From NCBI GenBank assembly GCA_964412955.1, contig CAYPQV010000020.1, positions 3,023-67,022 of the forward strand: a DNA stretch of 64,000 nucleotides, read 5' to 3'. Each line of letters begins with the position of its first letter. The stretch's first letter is position 1. Positions 31,775 to 41,012 of the stretch are shown piece by piece. The notes below the pieces were generated by a model. That model searched no databases. It was not told the DNA's origin and was given only the letters and a program-made list of their open reading frames with translations. The DNA is from an uncultured Hyphomicrobiales bacterium. Its GTDB lineage: Bacteria > Pseudomonadota > Alphaproteobacteria > Rhodospirillales > 2-12-FULL-67-15. The position numbers were made by a program, and so were the translations under genes.

Positions 31775-31796
31775 CGCCAGGGGCCGGCGAAGCGGC

Positions 31797-32597
31797 CTAC
31801 GCCCAGAACATGTCGTAGAGCGTGAGCAGGATCGAGGCCAGGATCAGGAACACGATGTACCATTCGACCCGCAGCAGGTGCCGGGTCTGCTGCAGGTCGA
31901 GGGCGGTGGTCGCGGTGCGCGAGATCAGGTCGACCTTGCGATCGACCGCGCGGGCGCGCTCGGTCAGTTCGTATTCCTCCTGCAGGCGGGCATAGAGCCG
32001 TTCCAGATCCGGGTGGTCCCACAGCAGATCCGGTTTTTCCCCGATCTCGACGCGGCCGACGGTGCGCTGCTGCATCAGCAGCACGTCGCCGATTTCGCGC
32101 AGCAGTTCGCGGCCCTCGGCGCCGATGGTGCCGGTGCGCTTGAGCGAAGCGGCGAGCGGCTCGATCCGGTCGAACGCGGCGGCCAGGCCCCGTTCATAGA
32201 ATCCGAGCACGACGCTTTTCGCCAGCACCGTGGCGACGATCTGCAGGCGCTCGACCGACGCGGTCGAAAGCGCGATCGAGCCGTCGGCGTTCACGATCCC
32301 GTCGCCGCCGGGAACGACGGCGATGGTCATGCGCTCGACGTCGGGCTCGGGGTAGGGTTCGGTGACGTAGGGCCTGATCGCCTCGAGGAACGCGGCCTCG
32401 TCCTCGGCGTCCATGTTGAACAACACGACCGCGCCATAGCGCAGCACGGCGGCGGCGCGCCCGGCGCCGGCGCGCACCAGCAGCGGCCCGGCGGCGATCC
32501 GGTCGGACGAGCCGAACGCGCGCGCGTCGATGCGCTCGCCGATGGCCATCGCCCGGACGGAAAAACGCGCGTTCGCGGGGAAAAGGGGGTCGGTCAT
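31797..32597 (-). CDS. RMD1/DUF155 family protein
   Basis: YGAVVLFN, KPDLLWD, YELTER, EWYIVFLI. Confidence 0.85.
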   Translation of the reverse strand: MTDPLFPANARFSVRAMAIGERIDARAFGSSDRIAAGPLLVRAGAGRAAAVLRYGAVVLFNMDAEDEAAFLEAIRPYVTEPYPEPDVERMTIAVVPGGDGIVNADGSIALSTASVERLQIVATVLAKSVVLGFYERGLAAAFDRIEPLAASLKRTGTIGAEGRELLREIGDVLLMQQRTVGRVEIGEKPDLLWDHPDLERLYARLQEEYELTERARAVDRKVDLISRTATTALDLQQTRHLLRVEWYIVFLILASILLTLYDMFWA

Positions 32598-32617
32598 GGC
32601 GCGCCCCCGGCGGTGCT

Positions 32618-33340
32618 TTAGGAGGTCGTGCCGCCCGAGCCGGACATCTCCGCCTTCTCGGCCTCGGACACGTCGGCAGAGGGCGCTTCCGAAGGAGGCG
32701 TTTCCGAAGAGGGCGCTTGCGCAGGGGGCGTCTCCGAGGCGGGCGTTTCCTCGGGGGCGGCGGCCTGGGCTTCGGCCGCGGCCTTGGCGACTTTTTCGGC
32801 GCGGGCGAGCGCGTTGCGCGCGCGGGTGCGGGCGAGCGCGATCGCCTTTTCCAGGTCGGCGCTGGTGCAGAGGCCGAGGTTAACCGGATTTTGCGGCTTG
32901 ATGTTGGGCGCGTTCCAGTGGGAACGGTCGCGTACCGCGGCGATGGTCGATTTGGTGGTGCCGAGCAGGCGGGAAATCTGCCCGTCGCCCAATTCGGGGT
33001 AGTTCTTGAGCAGCCAGGCGATGGCGTCGGGGCGCTCCTGGCGCATGGCGATCGGGGTATAGCGCGCCCCGGAGGGCCTGGCCTTGGGCTGGGGAATGGT
33101 CGGCTTCAGGGGCTTCAGGCGCGCGGATGCGTTCTTCTGGCAGCGCTCGATCTCCTCGGCGGTCAAATCGCCCTGGGCGACCGGGTTGATGCCCTGCATG
33201 CCGCCCGCGACTTCGCCGTCGGCGATGGCCTGGATCTCGAGCGGGTGCAGGCCGCAGTAGTCCGCGACCTGGTCGAAGGTGAGCGACGTGTTTTCGATGA
33301 GCCAAACGGCCGTAGCCTTTGGCATCAGGGGAGCCGCCAT
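32618..33340 (-). CDS. trcR: DUF1013 family cell-cycle transcriptional regulator TrcR
   Basis: PLMPKATAVWL, HPLEIQAIADGEV, RDRSHWN. Confidence 0.88.
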   Translation of the reverse strand: MAAPLMPKATAVWLIENTSLTFDQVADYCGLHPLEIQAIADGEVAGGMQGINPVAQGDLTAEEIERCQKNASARLKPLKPTIPQPKARPSGARYTPIAMRQERPDAIAWLLKNYPELGDGQISRLLGTTKSTIAAVRDRSHWNAPNIKPQNPVNLGLCTSADLEKAIALARTRARNALARAEKVAKAAAEAQAAAPEETPASETPPAQAPSSETPPSEAPSADVSEAEKAEMSGSGGTTS

Positions 33341-33420
33341 CGTCTCGAACGTCCTGTCTGAGGCTGAGCGCGCCCTATATATAGGCCGAAACCGGGCCGG
33401 TCAAACCCGGAAAAAGCCCG

Positions 33421-34413
33421 TCACGCGGTTAAAATGATCTTGCCGATATGGGCGTTGCTTTCCATCAGGCGGTGCGCCTCGGCGGCGCGCTCCAGCGGAA
33501 AGGTGGCGTGGATCACCGGCCGGATGGCGCCGGATTCGATCAGCGGCCACACGCGCTCACGCAAAGCTCGCGCGATGCGGCCCTTGCTCTCGATGCTTTG
33601 AATGCGCAGCGTCGAGCCGGTGTAAGTGAGCCGCTTCAGCATCAGCGGCATGAAGTTGACCTCGGCCTTGGCCCCCTTCTGAAACCCGATCTGAACCAGG
33701 CGGCCTTCGGTCGCCAGGCAGCGGATGTTGCGTTCGATGTAATCGGCGCCAACCATGTCGAGAATCACGTCGACGCCCTTGCCGCCGGTCAGCGCCTTGA
33801 CCGCCTCGACGAAGTCGGACTCGCGGTAATTGATCGCCGGGGCGGCGCCGAGGCGTTCGCACGCGGCGCACTTTTCCCGGCTTCCGGCGGTGGCGAGCAC
33901 GCGCGCGCCGAGCCGGCTCGCCATCTGAATCGCGGTGGTGCCGATGCCGCTTGAGCCGCCGTGGACCAACAGGGTTTCCCCCGGCTGGAGCCGCCCACGC
34001 TCGAACACGTTGGTCCAGACCGTGAAGAAGGTTTCGGGCAGGCCGGCGGCTTCGACCGGCGACAGGCCCTTGGGGATCGGCAGGCATTGGGGGGCGGGGG
34101 CGGGGGCGTATTCGGCGTAGCCGCCGCCGGTGATCAGCGCGCACGCCGCGTCGCCGACCTTCCAATCGCCGGCGCCCGGGCCGACCGCGACGATCTCGCC
34201 CGCGATTTCCAGGCCGGGAATGTCGCTCGCGTCCGGCGGCGGCGGATAGCCGCCCTGGCGCTGCAGCACGTCGGGGCGGTTGACGCCGGCGGCCGCGACC
34301 CGGATCAGGACTTCGCCCTCGCCCGCCTCGGCGCGCGGGCGGGTGGCGATTTTGAGGACCTCGGGCGGGCCGCCCTTGCCCTCGATTTCGACGCAACGCA
34401 TGGTGTCGGTCAT
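33421..34413 (-). CDS. NAD(P)H-quinone oxidoreductase, PIG3 family
   Basis: GVNRPD, HGGSSGIG, HIGKIIL. Confidence 0.92.
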   Translation of the reverse strand: MTDTMRCVEIEGKGGPPEVLKIATRPRAEAGEGEVLIRVAAAGVNRPDVLQRQGGYPPPPDASDIPGLEIAGEIVAVGPGAGDWKVGDAACALITGGGYAEYAPAPAPQCLPIPKGLSPVEAAGLPETFFTVWTNVFERGRLQPGETLLVHGGSSGIGTTAIQMASRLGARVLATAGSREKCAACERLGAAPAINYRESDFVEAVKALTGGKGVDVILDMVGADYIERNIRCLATEGRLVQIGFQKGAKAEVNFMPLMLKRLTYTGSTLRIQSIESKGRIARALRERVWPLIESGAIRPVIHATFPLERAAEAHRLMESNAHIGKIILTA

Positions 34414-34460
34414 GGGTTGGCTCTAATATCCCGACCCGCCGCGCGCAAGGGAGGAGTTGC

Positions 34461-34646
34461 TTGGACACCGACGACCTGGAGCCGCGCAAGAAACAGCCGG
34501 TCCTCAAGAACCTCGACGAGATGTCGGTCGCCGCGCTCGAGGACTATATCGCCGGGCTCGAGGCGGAAATCGCGCGCGCCCGGTCGGCGATCAACGCCAA
34601 ACGGGCTTCGCGCCAGGGCGCCGAGGCGTTTTTCAAGAAGAAGTAG
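34461..34646 (+). CDS. DUF1192 family protein
   Basis: LDEMSVAALEDYIAGLEAEIAR, AEAFFK; GGAG before TTG. Confidence 0.85.
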   Translation: MDTDDLEPRKKQPVLKNLDEMSVAALEDYIAGLEAEIARARSAINAKRASRQGAEAFFKKK

Positions 34647-35532
34647 GCCGCCGCGTGCGTCGGCGCGCCGAGACAAACATCAGCCAGCCGACGAACGGCA
34701 GCAGCGTCACCATGATCAGCCAGCCGAGCCGGGGTCCGAACGGGCAGCGGGCGCCGGGCGCGGCCTTCCAGCTCCCGCCGCCGGGCGCGAGCGCGACATG
34801 GATCGCCGGCAGCACGACGCCGAAGATCAGGATACTCCAGGCAACGACGACCTCGCGCGCCGGGAAATCGAGGGCCGGCGCCGGGGCAAGGGCTGAAACT
34901 GCCGCCCATGCGCCGAGCGCGAGAAACACAAAACCGGTCGTATGCGGTACCCGTTCGGACAGGGCGGCGAATCGGTCGAGCCACGCGCGGGCTCGGGGCC
35001 AAGACATCGCGGCGACCAGGGGTAGGGAGAGTACGAGCCCGAAAACCGCGAGCGAAACGATTCCCCCCGCGACCGAGCCGCCGCCGACGGCGGCGACGCC
35101 GATCAGGCCGGCGAGCAACGGCGCGGCGCAGGCGGGCAGGTTGAGCCCGAACGCGATACCGAGGCCAAGGGGCCCGCGCCACGTCCCCCGCCACGGCCGG
35201 ATCGGCGCGAGCCAGCGAAAGAGGAGGTCTTGCTTGCGGGCAAGGTAAAGAACGCCGATGACAACGAACGCGGCGCCGAGCGCGAGCCAGAGGCCCCGTT
35301 GCAAGGAAAGGAATAGGGTGCCGATCAGCGCCGCGAGTCCGCCGAGCGCGCCGGTGAACGATGCGCGACTCAGCGTGAAGAGCAAGGCGGCAGCCACTTT
35401 TTCCCTGGCGCTTCCGCCCTCGACGTACTTCAGGAACAGAAGCGTGGTCGCGATCGAACACGGCTCGACGAATCCGAGCAATCCGAGCCCGGCGGAGAGA
35501 AGGACCAGATTGATTAAGCTGCCGTCGGCCAT
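34633..35532 (-). CDS. CcdA/DsbD-like thiol-transfer membrane protein with C-terminal extension
   Basis: GFVEPCS and GLNLPACAAP Cys pair in transmembrane helices. Confidence 0.7.
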   Translation of the reverse strand: MADGSLINLVLLSAGLGLLGFVEPCSIATTLLFLKYVEGGSAREKVAAALLFTLSRASFTGALGGLAALIGTLFLSLQRGLWLALGAAFVVIGVLYLARKQDLLFRWLAPIRPWRGTWRGPLGLGIAFGLNLPACAAPLLAGLIGVAAVGGGSVAGGIVSLAVFGLVLSLPLVAAMSWPRARAWLDRFAALSERVPHTTGFVFLALGAWAAVSALAPAPALDFPAREVVVAWSILIFGVVLPAIHVALAPGGGSWKAAPGARCPFGPRLGWLIMVTLLPFVGWLMFVSARRRTRRPTSS

Positions 35533-35662
35533 GGGCGTCAGGGAACCTCAGGGAACGGAACACGAAGCGCCCCGTCCAAAGTTCGTTCGGCCGGGGCGTT
35601 CGCATCATATTCTTCGGGCCGCGCCTCGTCCCGGCCGGAACGTGGCTTGCGTTGCCTGTCGC

Positions 35663-35941
35663 TCAAACGGATGAACGACCGAGGCCTGCGGCCTTGAGGG
35701 CCGCCAGGTCCGGTCCGCGCCCGGCGCAGCACGACGCGAGGCTGCCGTCGATGGCGACCGCCGGCAGCGACCGGACGCCGAGATCGCGGGCGCGCGCGGC
35801 CGCCGCGGGGGTCTTCATGTCGAGCACGCGCACCTCGCATGATGGGCAGGCGGCCTTTTTGACCTCGGCGACGGTGTTCTCGCACACCGGACATCCGGCG
35901 CTGAAAATCTCGATGATGCGTGTCTTAGTCATGGGTTTCAT
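35663..35941 (-). CDS. Thioredoxin/glutaredoxin-like Cys-rich protein
   Basis: IEIFSAGCPVC, CPSC, GVRSLPAVAIDG, SCC. Confidence 0.8.
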   Translation of the reverse strand: MKPMTKTRIIEIFSAGCPVCENTVAEVKKAACPSCEVRVLDMKTPAAAARARDLGVRSLPAVAIDGSLASCCAGRGPDLAALKAAGLGRSSV

Positions 35942-36396
35942 GTCTCCTTGTCAAGGTGGGAACGAGGTTTGCCGCCGGGCTCGCCGGTCGCGAGCGCCTC
36001 TAGGATCGAGCATCCGTCAAGGCCTCCGCGGCCGGGACAGGCCTTGACCAGGCGCCTCAGGATTTTGGCCATGCGTTCAAGATTTGCGATTTTGGCCGAC
36101 ACTTCGTCGAGCTTGGCCCTCGCCCGGGCGCGCACGTTGATGCAGTCGGCGCCGGGATCGTCGGACAGGGCGAGAAGCTGGGCGATTTCGGCGAGCGAGA
36201 ACCCGAGTCCCTGGGCTTGGCGAATGAAACGGATGCGCCGCGCCGTGTCGGGCGGATAGTCGCGAAAACTGCGCGTCGGCCGGCGCGGCCGGACGATCAG
36301 GCCTTTCTTCTCGTAAAAGCGGACGGTTTCGACGCCGACGCCGGCTTTTTCGGCGACGACGCCGATGGTTATGATGTTTCGATTCGCGTTGGTCAT
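35938..36396 (-). CDS. MerR-family metal-responsive regulator
   Basis: ETVRFYEKKGL HTH, GFSLAEI, Cys in ADCINV and CPGRGGLDGC. Confidence 0.9.
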   Translation of the reverse strand: MTNANRNIITIGVVAEKAGVGVETVRFYEKKGLIVRPRRPTRSFRDYPPDTARRIRFIRQAQGLGFSLAEIAQLLALSDDPGADCINVRARARAKLDEVSAKIANLERMAKILRRLVKACPGRGGLDGCSILEALATGEPGGKPRSHLDKET

Positions 36397-36413
36397 GACG
36401 CTGCTCGGTTGCC

Positions 36414-36445
36414 ATCCTGCGTGCCGGACCATGGTACGGAGTCAA
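36414..36445 (-). promoter_or_regulatory. MerR-type long-spacer promoter/operator
   Basis: Minus strand TTGACT-CCGTACCATGGTCCGG-CACG-CAGGAT: dyad abutting the -35 box with a 20-bp spacer. Confidence 0.75.
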
Positions 36446-36538
36446 GCGTCGAATGCGCGAGGTCGGCGGGCATCCTCTGGCTGCCGCCGGGCGCGCAACG
36501 CCTATCCTATCGGGTAGGGTTTCATTGGATACCCGTCT

Positions 36539-36554
36539 TTAAGCTTTATTTAAC
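36539..36554. promoter_or_regulatory. CtrA binding box over the sRNA promoter
   Basis: TTAA-GCTTTAT-TTAAC perfect match. Confidence 0.7.
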
Positions 36555-36560
36555 AGATGG

Positions 36561-36650
36561 ACCCTACCTTGGGCACGGGACGCAACGTCGTCCCGTCAAC
36601 TTTTGACGCCTCCCTGTCAACTCGCCGCCCCGAAAGGGGCGGTTTTTTTT
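36561..36650 (+). ncRNA. MmgR/suhB (alpha-r8)-like small RNA
   Basis: CCCTACCTTGGG start, stem TTGAC-GCCTCCCT-GTCAA exposing an anti-SD loop, terminator GCCGCCCC-GAAA-GGGGCGGT plus T-run. Confidence 0.65.
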
Positions 36651-36754
36651 GGGGGATCATGGCTCATCGAATCTCTTGCCCTCGATCGGGGTCCGGTCGT
36701 AAGGTTTTTCCCGATGGGAAGTGGCGAGTTCGACAGGGGTCAGGTTTTACCAAT

Positions 36755-36793
36755 AAAAAAGGCCGCCGTTACAAGGCGGCCTTAGCCTTTTTT
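36755..36793. terminator. Hairpin flanked by A- and T-tracts (attenuator or bidirectional terminator)
   Basis: AAAAAAGGCCGCC-GTTACAA-GGCGGCCTTAGCCTTTTTT. Confidence 0.6.
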
Positions 36794-36825
36794 GGGCCCC
36801 GGATTTCCCCTTCCGAGTTTCAGGC

Positions 36826-37596
36826 ATGGAATTCGACCTCGATGGCCGCCGCGTGTTCGCCTCGACCGGCGGGCGGCCGTTCGCGCCCGCCCGCGGCGCC
36901 CTTGTCCTGCTCCACGGCGCCGGTATGGACCACACGGTCTGGAGCTTCCAGGCCCGCCACTTCGCCCGTCGCGGACGAACCGTTTGGTCGCCCGATTTTC
37001 CCGGTCACGGCCGGAGCGACGGCCCGCCCCGCGCCGGCATCGAATCGCTCGCCGACTGGACCCTCGGCGCCCTCGGGGCGCTCGGCCTCGACCGGCCGGT
37101 GCTGGTCGGGCACAGCATGGGCGCCCGCGTCGCCCTTGAGGCCGCCGCCCGCCTCGGCCCGCGGGCGGGCGGGCTGGTTCTCGTCGGCATCGCCGAGCGC
37201 CTGGCGGTCAACCCCGACCTGCGCCGGGCGGCGGAAGCGGGCGAGGCCCGCGCCCTCGACATGATCCTGAAATGGAGCTTCGGCGGCCGGGACGACCGTG
37301 CGATCCGGCTCGCCGGGCGCACGCGACGGGCGATGGCGCGCACGCCCTCCGTCGTTCTCGGGGTTGACCTTGCCGCGTGCGACGAGGACAAAGGCGCGGG
37401 CGCCGCCGCCGGGAAGGTGGCGTGTCCGGCGGTCGTAGTCGCGGGCGGGGGCGACCGCATGACTCCCTCCGCGTCGGCCCGGCGCCTCGCGGAACGGATC
37501 GCGGGCGCCGTCTGGGTCGAAATTCCGGGCGTCGGCCACATGAGCCCGATCGAGGACCCGGCGGCGGTGGCCGCCGCCATCATGAGGATCGCATGA
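36826..37596 (+). CDS. Alpha/beta hydrolase
   Basis: LLHGAG, DFPGHGRS, GHSMG, GHMSPIE. Confidence 0.9.
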   Translation: MEFDLDGRRVFASTGGRPFAPARGALVLLHGAGMDHTVWSFQARHFARRGRTVWSPDFPGHGRSDGPPRAGIESLADWTLGALGALGLDRPVLVGHSMGARVALEAAARLGPRAGGLVLVGIAERLAVNPDLRRAAEAGEARALDMILKWSFGGRDDRAIRLAGRTRRAMARTPSVVLGVDLAACDEDKGAGAAAGKVACPAVVVAGGGDRMTPSASARRLAERIAGAVWVEIPGVGHMSPIEDPAAVAAAIMRIA

Positions 37597-38051
37597 CGAC
37601 GACACGAACGAAGACTTCGGCACCGGCGGGGGAAACCCGCGCCCGCTACCGGTATTTCACTCCGCTGCAAACCCGCTGGGCGGACAACGACATCTACGGC
37701 CACGTCAACAACGTGACCTACTACGCCTACTTCGACACGATCATCAATTGCTACCTGATCGAGAAAGGCGGGCTCGACATCGCCGACGGCGCGGTGGTCG
37801 GCTTCGCGGTCGAAACCATGTGCCGGTTCGTCAAGCCGCTCGCCTATCCCGACGCGCTCGACGCCGGGCTCCGGGTCGGCCATCTCGGCCGCACCAGCGT
37901 GCGCTATGAGGTCGGCATTTTCCGCAAGGGCGACAAGGCCGCCGCGGCCCACGGCCATTTCATCCATGTATTCGTGGAACGCGCCTCGGGCCGCCCGGTG
38001 CCGATTCCGCCGCGCATCCGCAAGGCGCTGGAACGCATCCGGGCGCGCTGA
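37593..38051 (+). CDS. Acyl-CoA thioesterase (4HBT/hotdog fold)
   Basis: RWADNDIYGHVNN, LGRTSVRY. Confidence 0.9.
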   Translation: MTTTRTKTSAPAGETRARYRYFTPLQTRWADNDIYGHVNNVTYYAYFDTIINCYLIEKGGLDIADGAVVGFAVETMCRFVKPLAYPDALDAGLRVGHLGRTSVRYEVGIFRKGDKAAAAHGHFIHVFVERASGRPVPIPPRIRKALERIRAR

Positions 38052-38076
38052 TCCGCGCGCGATACGTGATGCGCCC

Positions 38077-39981
38077 CTATCGGGGCGCGGTGGCCACGGC
38101 CGGCCTGGGCGCGGCGGCGGGGCGCGCGGCGGGGGCGGGCGCTGGTCCCTTGGGCTCGCCCGCCTGCTTGCGGGCGAACAGCTCTTCGTCCCACACCACC
38201 TCGTACAGCGCGATGTCGCCCTCGAAACCCTTCATGGCGTAGCCGCCGCGGCTTACGAAGCGATAGTTCTTGCCCGCGCACAGGAGCCGAACCGAATCGG
38301 GCACGAAAATCTCGTTGGCCTTGGCTTTGTCGGTGATGCGGGCCGAAAGTTGAACGGTCGAGCCGAACAAATCGCCGTCCTCGGCGATCGGCTCGCCGGC
38401 GTTGAGCCCGATCTTCAGTTGCAGCGGCAGGTCGGGGTAATCGCGGCAATGGGCGAGGGTGTCCTTCTGGATCTGGATCGCGGCGTCGACCGCGCTCGAG
38501 GCCTGGGTGAAGGACGCCATGATGCCGTCGCCGGTGTGCTTGATCTCGCGGCCGTGGAAGCGCGTCAGCGCCTGGCGGACGATGCGGTTGTGGGCGCGCA
38601 CCACCTGCTGGGCGACCTGCTGGCCGCGCGTCTGGGTCAGCGCGGTGGAACCGACCATGTCGGTGAACATGACGGTGACCACTTGCGCCGCCTCTTCCCT
38701 CGGCTTCGGCGTGCTCCAGTCGGCGATCGCCGCGGTCAGGTGCTTCAGGCCCTCGGTCTCGTCCGAGAAATAGGTGTTCATGGCGTTGCGGCCGGCCTGG
38801 AACATCTGCATGTAGCGCGCGTCCTGGAGCAGGTAGCTTTCATAGTTCCCGGCGAAACCGGCGGCGTGATCGGCCTTGAAGCCGAGCGCCTGCACCCCTT
38901 CCCCGAGCAGGCGCGCGCGCGTCGCCGCGTCGAGGTCGTGCTTTTGGCACAGGATTTCGCAGGCCCCCGCGAGGAACAGGTTGAGGCCGAACTTGGTGTA
39001 GCTGTCGAGCTTCTTGTGGGTGGTGGCGACCTGCTCGAGGGTGCGCCCCAAGAAGCGGAGCATGTAGGTCTTCTGCTTCTCGACGGCCGGATCGGGCGGC
39101 GGGGCGGCGCCGGCTTCGGCCGCCGCTTCGGCCGCGGCCGCCGGAGTCGCCGTCGCGGTTTCGACTTCGGCCTCGGCCATCGGCGAGGCCTCCTCGGCAC
39201 CGCCGGCGGTGGCATTGAGAATGTCGGCCGCGGCTTCGCGCAACTGCCGGGCCAGCTCGTCGGGGGTGGGCTCGGGCGCTTCCGGCGCAGCCTTGACTCC
39301 GCTCGGGGTCGGCTGCGCCGGGGTCTTCTTCGCCGGTGCCGCCTTGGGCTTGAACGAGGGCATTTCCTTTTTCGGGTCGGGCACCTCGATGCCCTTGCCG
39401 CCGAGAAGGATCGAGGACATCAACCCGGCGACGGCCAGGAACGAGACGATGAAGACGGCGAGGTAAAAGTTCGCGCCGGAATCGCCGAGCAGGGAGATGC
39501 CGAATAAATTCGCCCGCCCTTCCAGGGCCGAATGGATACCGAAGGTGATGGCGGTACCGCCGATGCCGCCGCAAATCAGTACCGCCAACAACCGCAGCAT
39601 CACCGCGCTGAGCGAGTTCTTCGATTTCCGGCCGGCGGTCGATGCCGGCTTGGCGGCGGGCGCGGGCCGCCCGGGGCGCGGACGGGCACGCGGCTCGGGC
39701 TCGGGCGCGTCGAACGATACGGACGCGGGCGACGGGCGCGCGGCCGCCGCGCCCGCGTCCGGCTTCACCGTCGCCGATTTGTAGACAATGTACTCGGAAC
39801 TGGTGCCGCGCTTTTGGTCGTAGACGTCCTTGATGACCTTGACCGCCCCGATGCCGGGCGTTTTTTCCAGCGTCTTGGCTTCCTCGACCGCCGCCTCTTT
39901 CTTGGTGATCGGATAGCGCGCGTGAATGACCCAGCGCCCATGCTGCTGGACCATGATTTCGAGGGTGGTTTGCATCGCCAT
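38077..39981 (-). CDS. Membrane-anchored class III adenylate/guanylate cyclase
   Basis: MFTDMVGST, IKHTGDGIMA, GDLFGSTVQLSARI; two hydrophobic helices. Confidence 0.85.
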   Translation of the reverse strand: MAMQTTLEIMVQQHGRWVIHARYPITKKEAAVEEAKTLEKTPGIGAVKVIKDVYDQKRGTSSEYIVYKSATVKPDAGAAAARPSPASVSFDAPEPEPRARPRPGRPAPAAKPASTAGRKSKNSLSAVMLRLLAVLICGGIGGTAITFGIHSALEGRANLFGISLLGDSGANFYLAVFIVSFLAVAGLMSSILLGGKGIEVPDPKKEMPSFKPKAAPAKKTPAQPTPSGVKAAPEAPEPTPDELARQLREAAADILNATAGGAEEASPMAEAEVETATATPAAAAEAAAEAGAAPPPDPAVEKQKTYMLRFLGRTLEQVATTHKKLDSYTKFGLNLFLAGACEILCQKHDLDAATRARLLGEGVQALGFKADHAAGFAGNYESYLLQDARYMQMFQAGRNAMNTYFSDETEGLKHLTAAIADWSTPKPREEAAQVVTVMFTDMVGSTALTQTRGQQVAQQVVRAHNRIVRQALTRFHGREIKHTGDGIMASFTQASSAVDAAIQIQKDTLAHCRDYPDLPLQLKIGLNAGEPIAEDGDLFGSTVQLSARITDKAKANEIFVPDSVRLLCAGKNYRFVSRGGYAMKGFEGDIALYEVVWDEELFARKQAGEPKGPAPAPAARPAAAPRPAVATAPR

Positions 39982-40269
39982 CGTTTGCCGCCAGACGCGT
40001 CCCAACACCGGGTGGGCTAAGCGCACCCGCTCGGAAAGCCCTCGTTTACGACGGCCTGGGGCGGTCGGATTTCTCTCCGAGCGTTCCCATGGGCGTCCAT
40101 TGACGGCCCAAGAGCAATGGCCGGCGCCATTTTCTGGCAACCGTGTTTAAAATTAATCCTAACAAAATCCCGGGGAACCGGGAACCCCGAATGTCCATAA
40201 CAGACGGGATTCGTTGAAGTTTTTAGACGCCCACGTGAAAACTATGGTAAACCGCCGGGCGGCGGGGGC

Positions 40270-40494
40270 TTAGCCCTTGAGGCCGAAGTTCTTGAAACGC
40301 TTGTTGAATTTCGCAAGCTGACCGCCGGTATCGACCAGACGATGCACGCCGGTCCAGGCGGGATGAGTCTTGGGGTCGATGTCGAGTTTGAGCGAATCGC
40401 CGGGCTTGCCGTAGGTCGAGCGGGTCTTGAAGCTCGAGCCGTCGGTCATGACGACGGTGATCTCGTGGTAATCCGGGTGGATGCCTTTTTTCAT
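40270..40494 (-). CDS. rpmE: 50S ribosomal protein L31 (Cys-free type)
   Basis: [23 protein letters not shown]. Confidence 0.96.
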   Translation of the reverse strand: MKKGIHPDYHEITVVMTDGSSFKTRSTYGKPGDSLKLDIDPKTHPAWTGVHRLVDTGGQLAKFNKRFKNFGLKG

Positions 40495-40673
40495 GGCGCT
40501 GCCCTTTCGCGTCCCGCCGGAGGCGGGCAAACTCGAACCGAGTCCCGCCGATAGGCGGGCGAACAATAAAACTCCCGCGCGCCTCGTCCGGCGGCGCGGG
40601 GGGCCTATATACAGACCGTGCCCGGCCGAAGCAAGGGGCCGGGGAAACGGGCGATTTTCGGGGACCGAGGGCC

Positions 40674-41012
40674 ATGACCGACACGGAGACGGACTTTCAG
40701 CGGCTTGCCGATGCGACACTCGCGCGCGTGGCCGAGGCGCTGGAAAAAGGCCTCGGCGAGGCGGCCGAGGTCGATCTGCAAGGGGGCATCCTGACCGTCG
40801 AACTCGACGCGGGCGGCCAATACGTGATCAACAAGCACGCGCCCAATCGCCAAATCTGGTTGTCGTCGCCCAAGAGCGGGGCCAGCCATTACGCGTTCGA
40901 CGCGGCGCGCGGCACGTGGATCGCGACCCGTTCGGGCCGCGCGCTCGCCGACGTGCTGGCCGAGGAATTGGGGCCGCTCGCGTCCGGACCGCTCGCCCTG
41001 GGCCGGGCTTAA
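40674..41012 (+). CDS. cyaY: Frataxin homolog CyaY
   Basis: [20 protein letters not shown]. Confidence 0.92.
   Translation: MTDTETDFQRLADATLARVAEALEKGLGEAAEVDLQGGILTVELDAGGQYVINKHAPNRQIWLSSPKSGASHYAFDAARGTWIATRSGRALADVLAEELGPLASGPLALGRA

Noticed and set aside
35543..35601. LexA box from clustered GAAC/GTTC tetramers
   Set aside because: None of the pairs has the required 7-bp spacing
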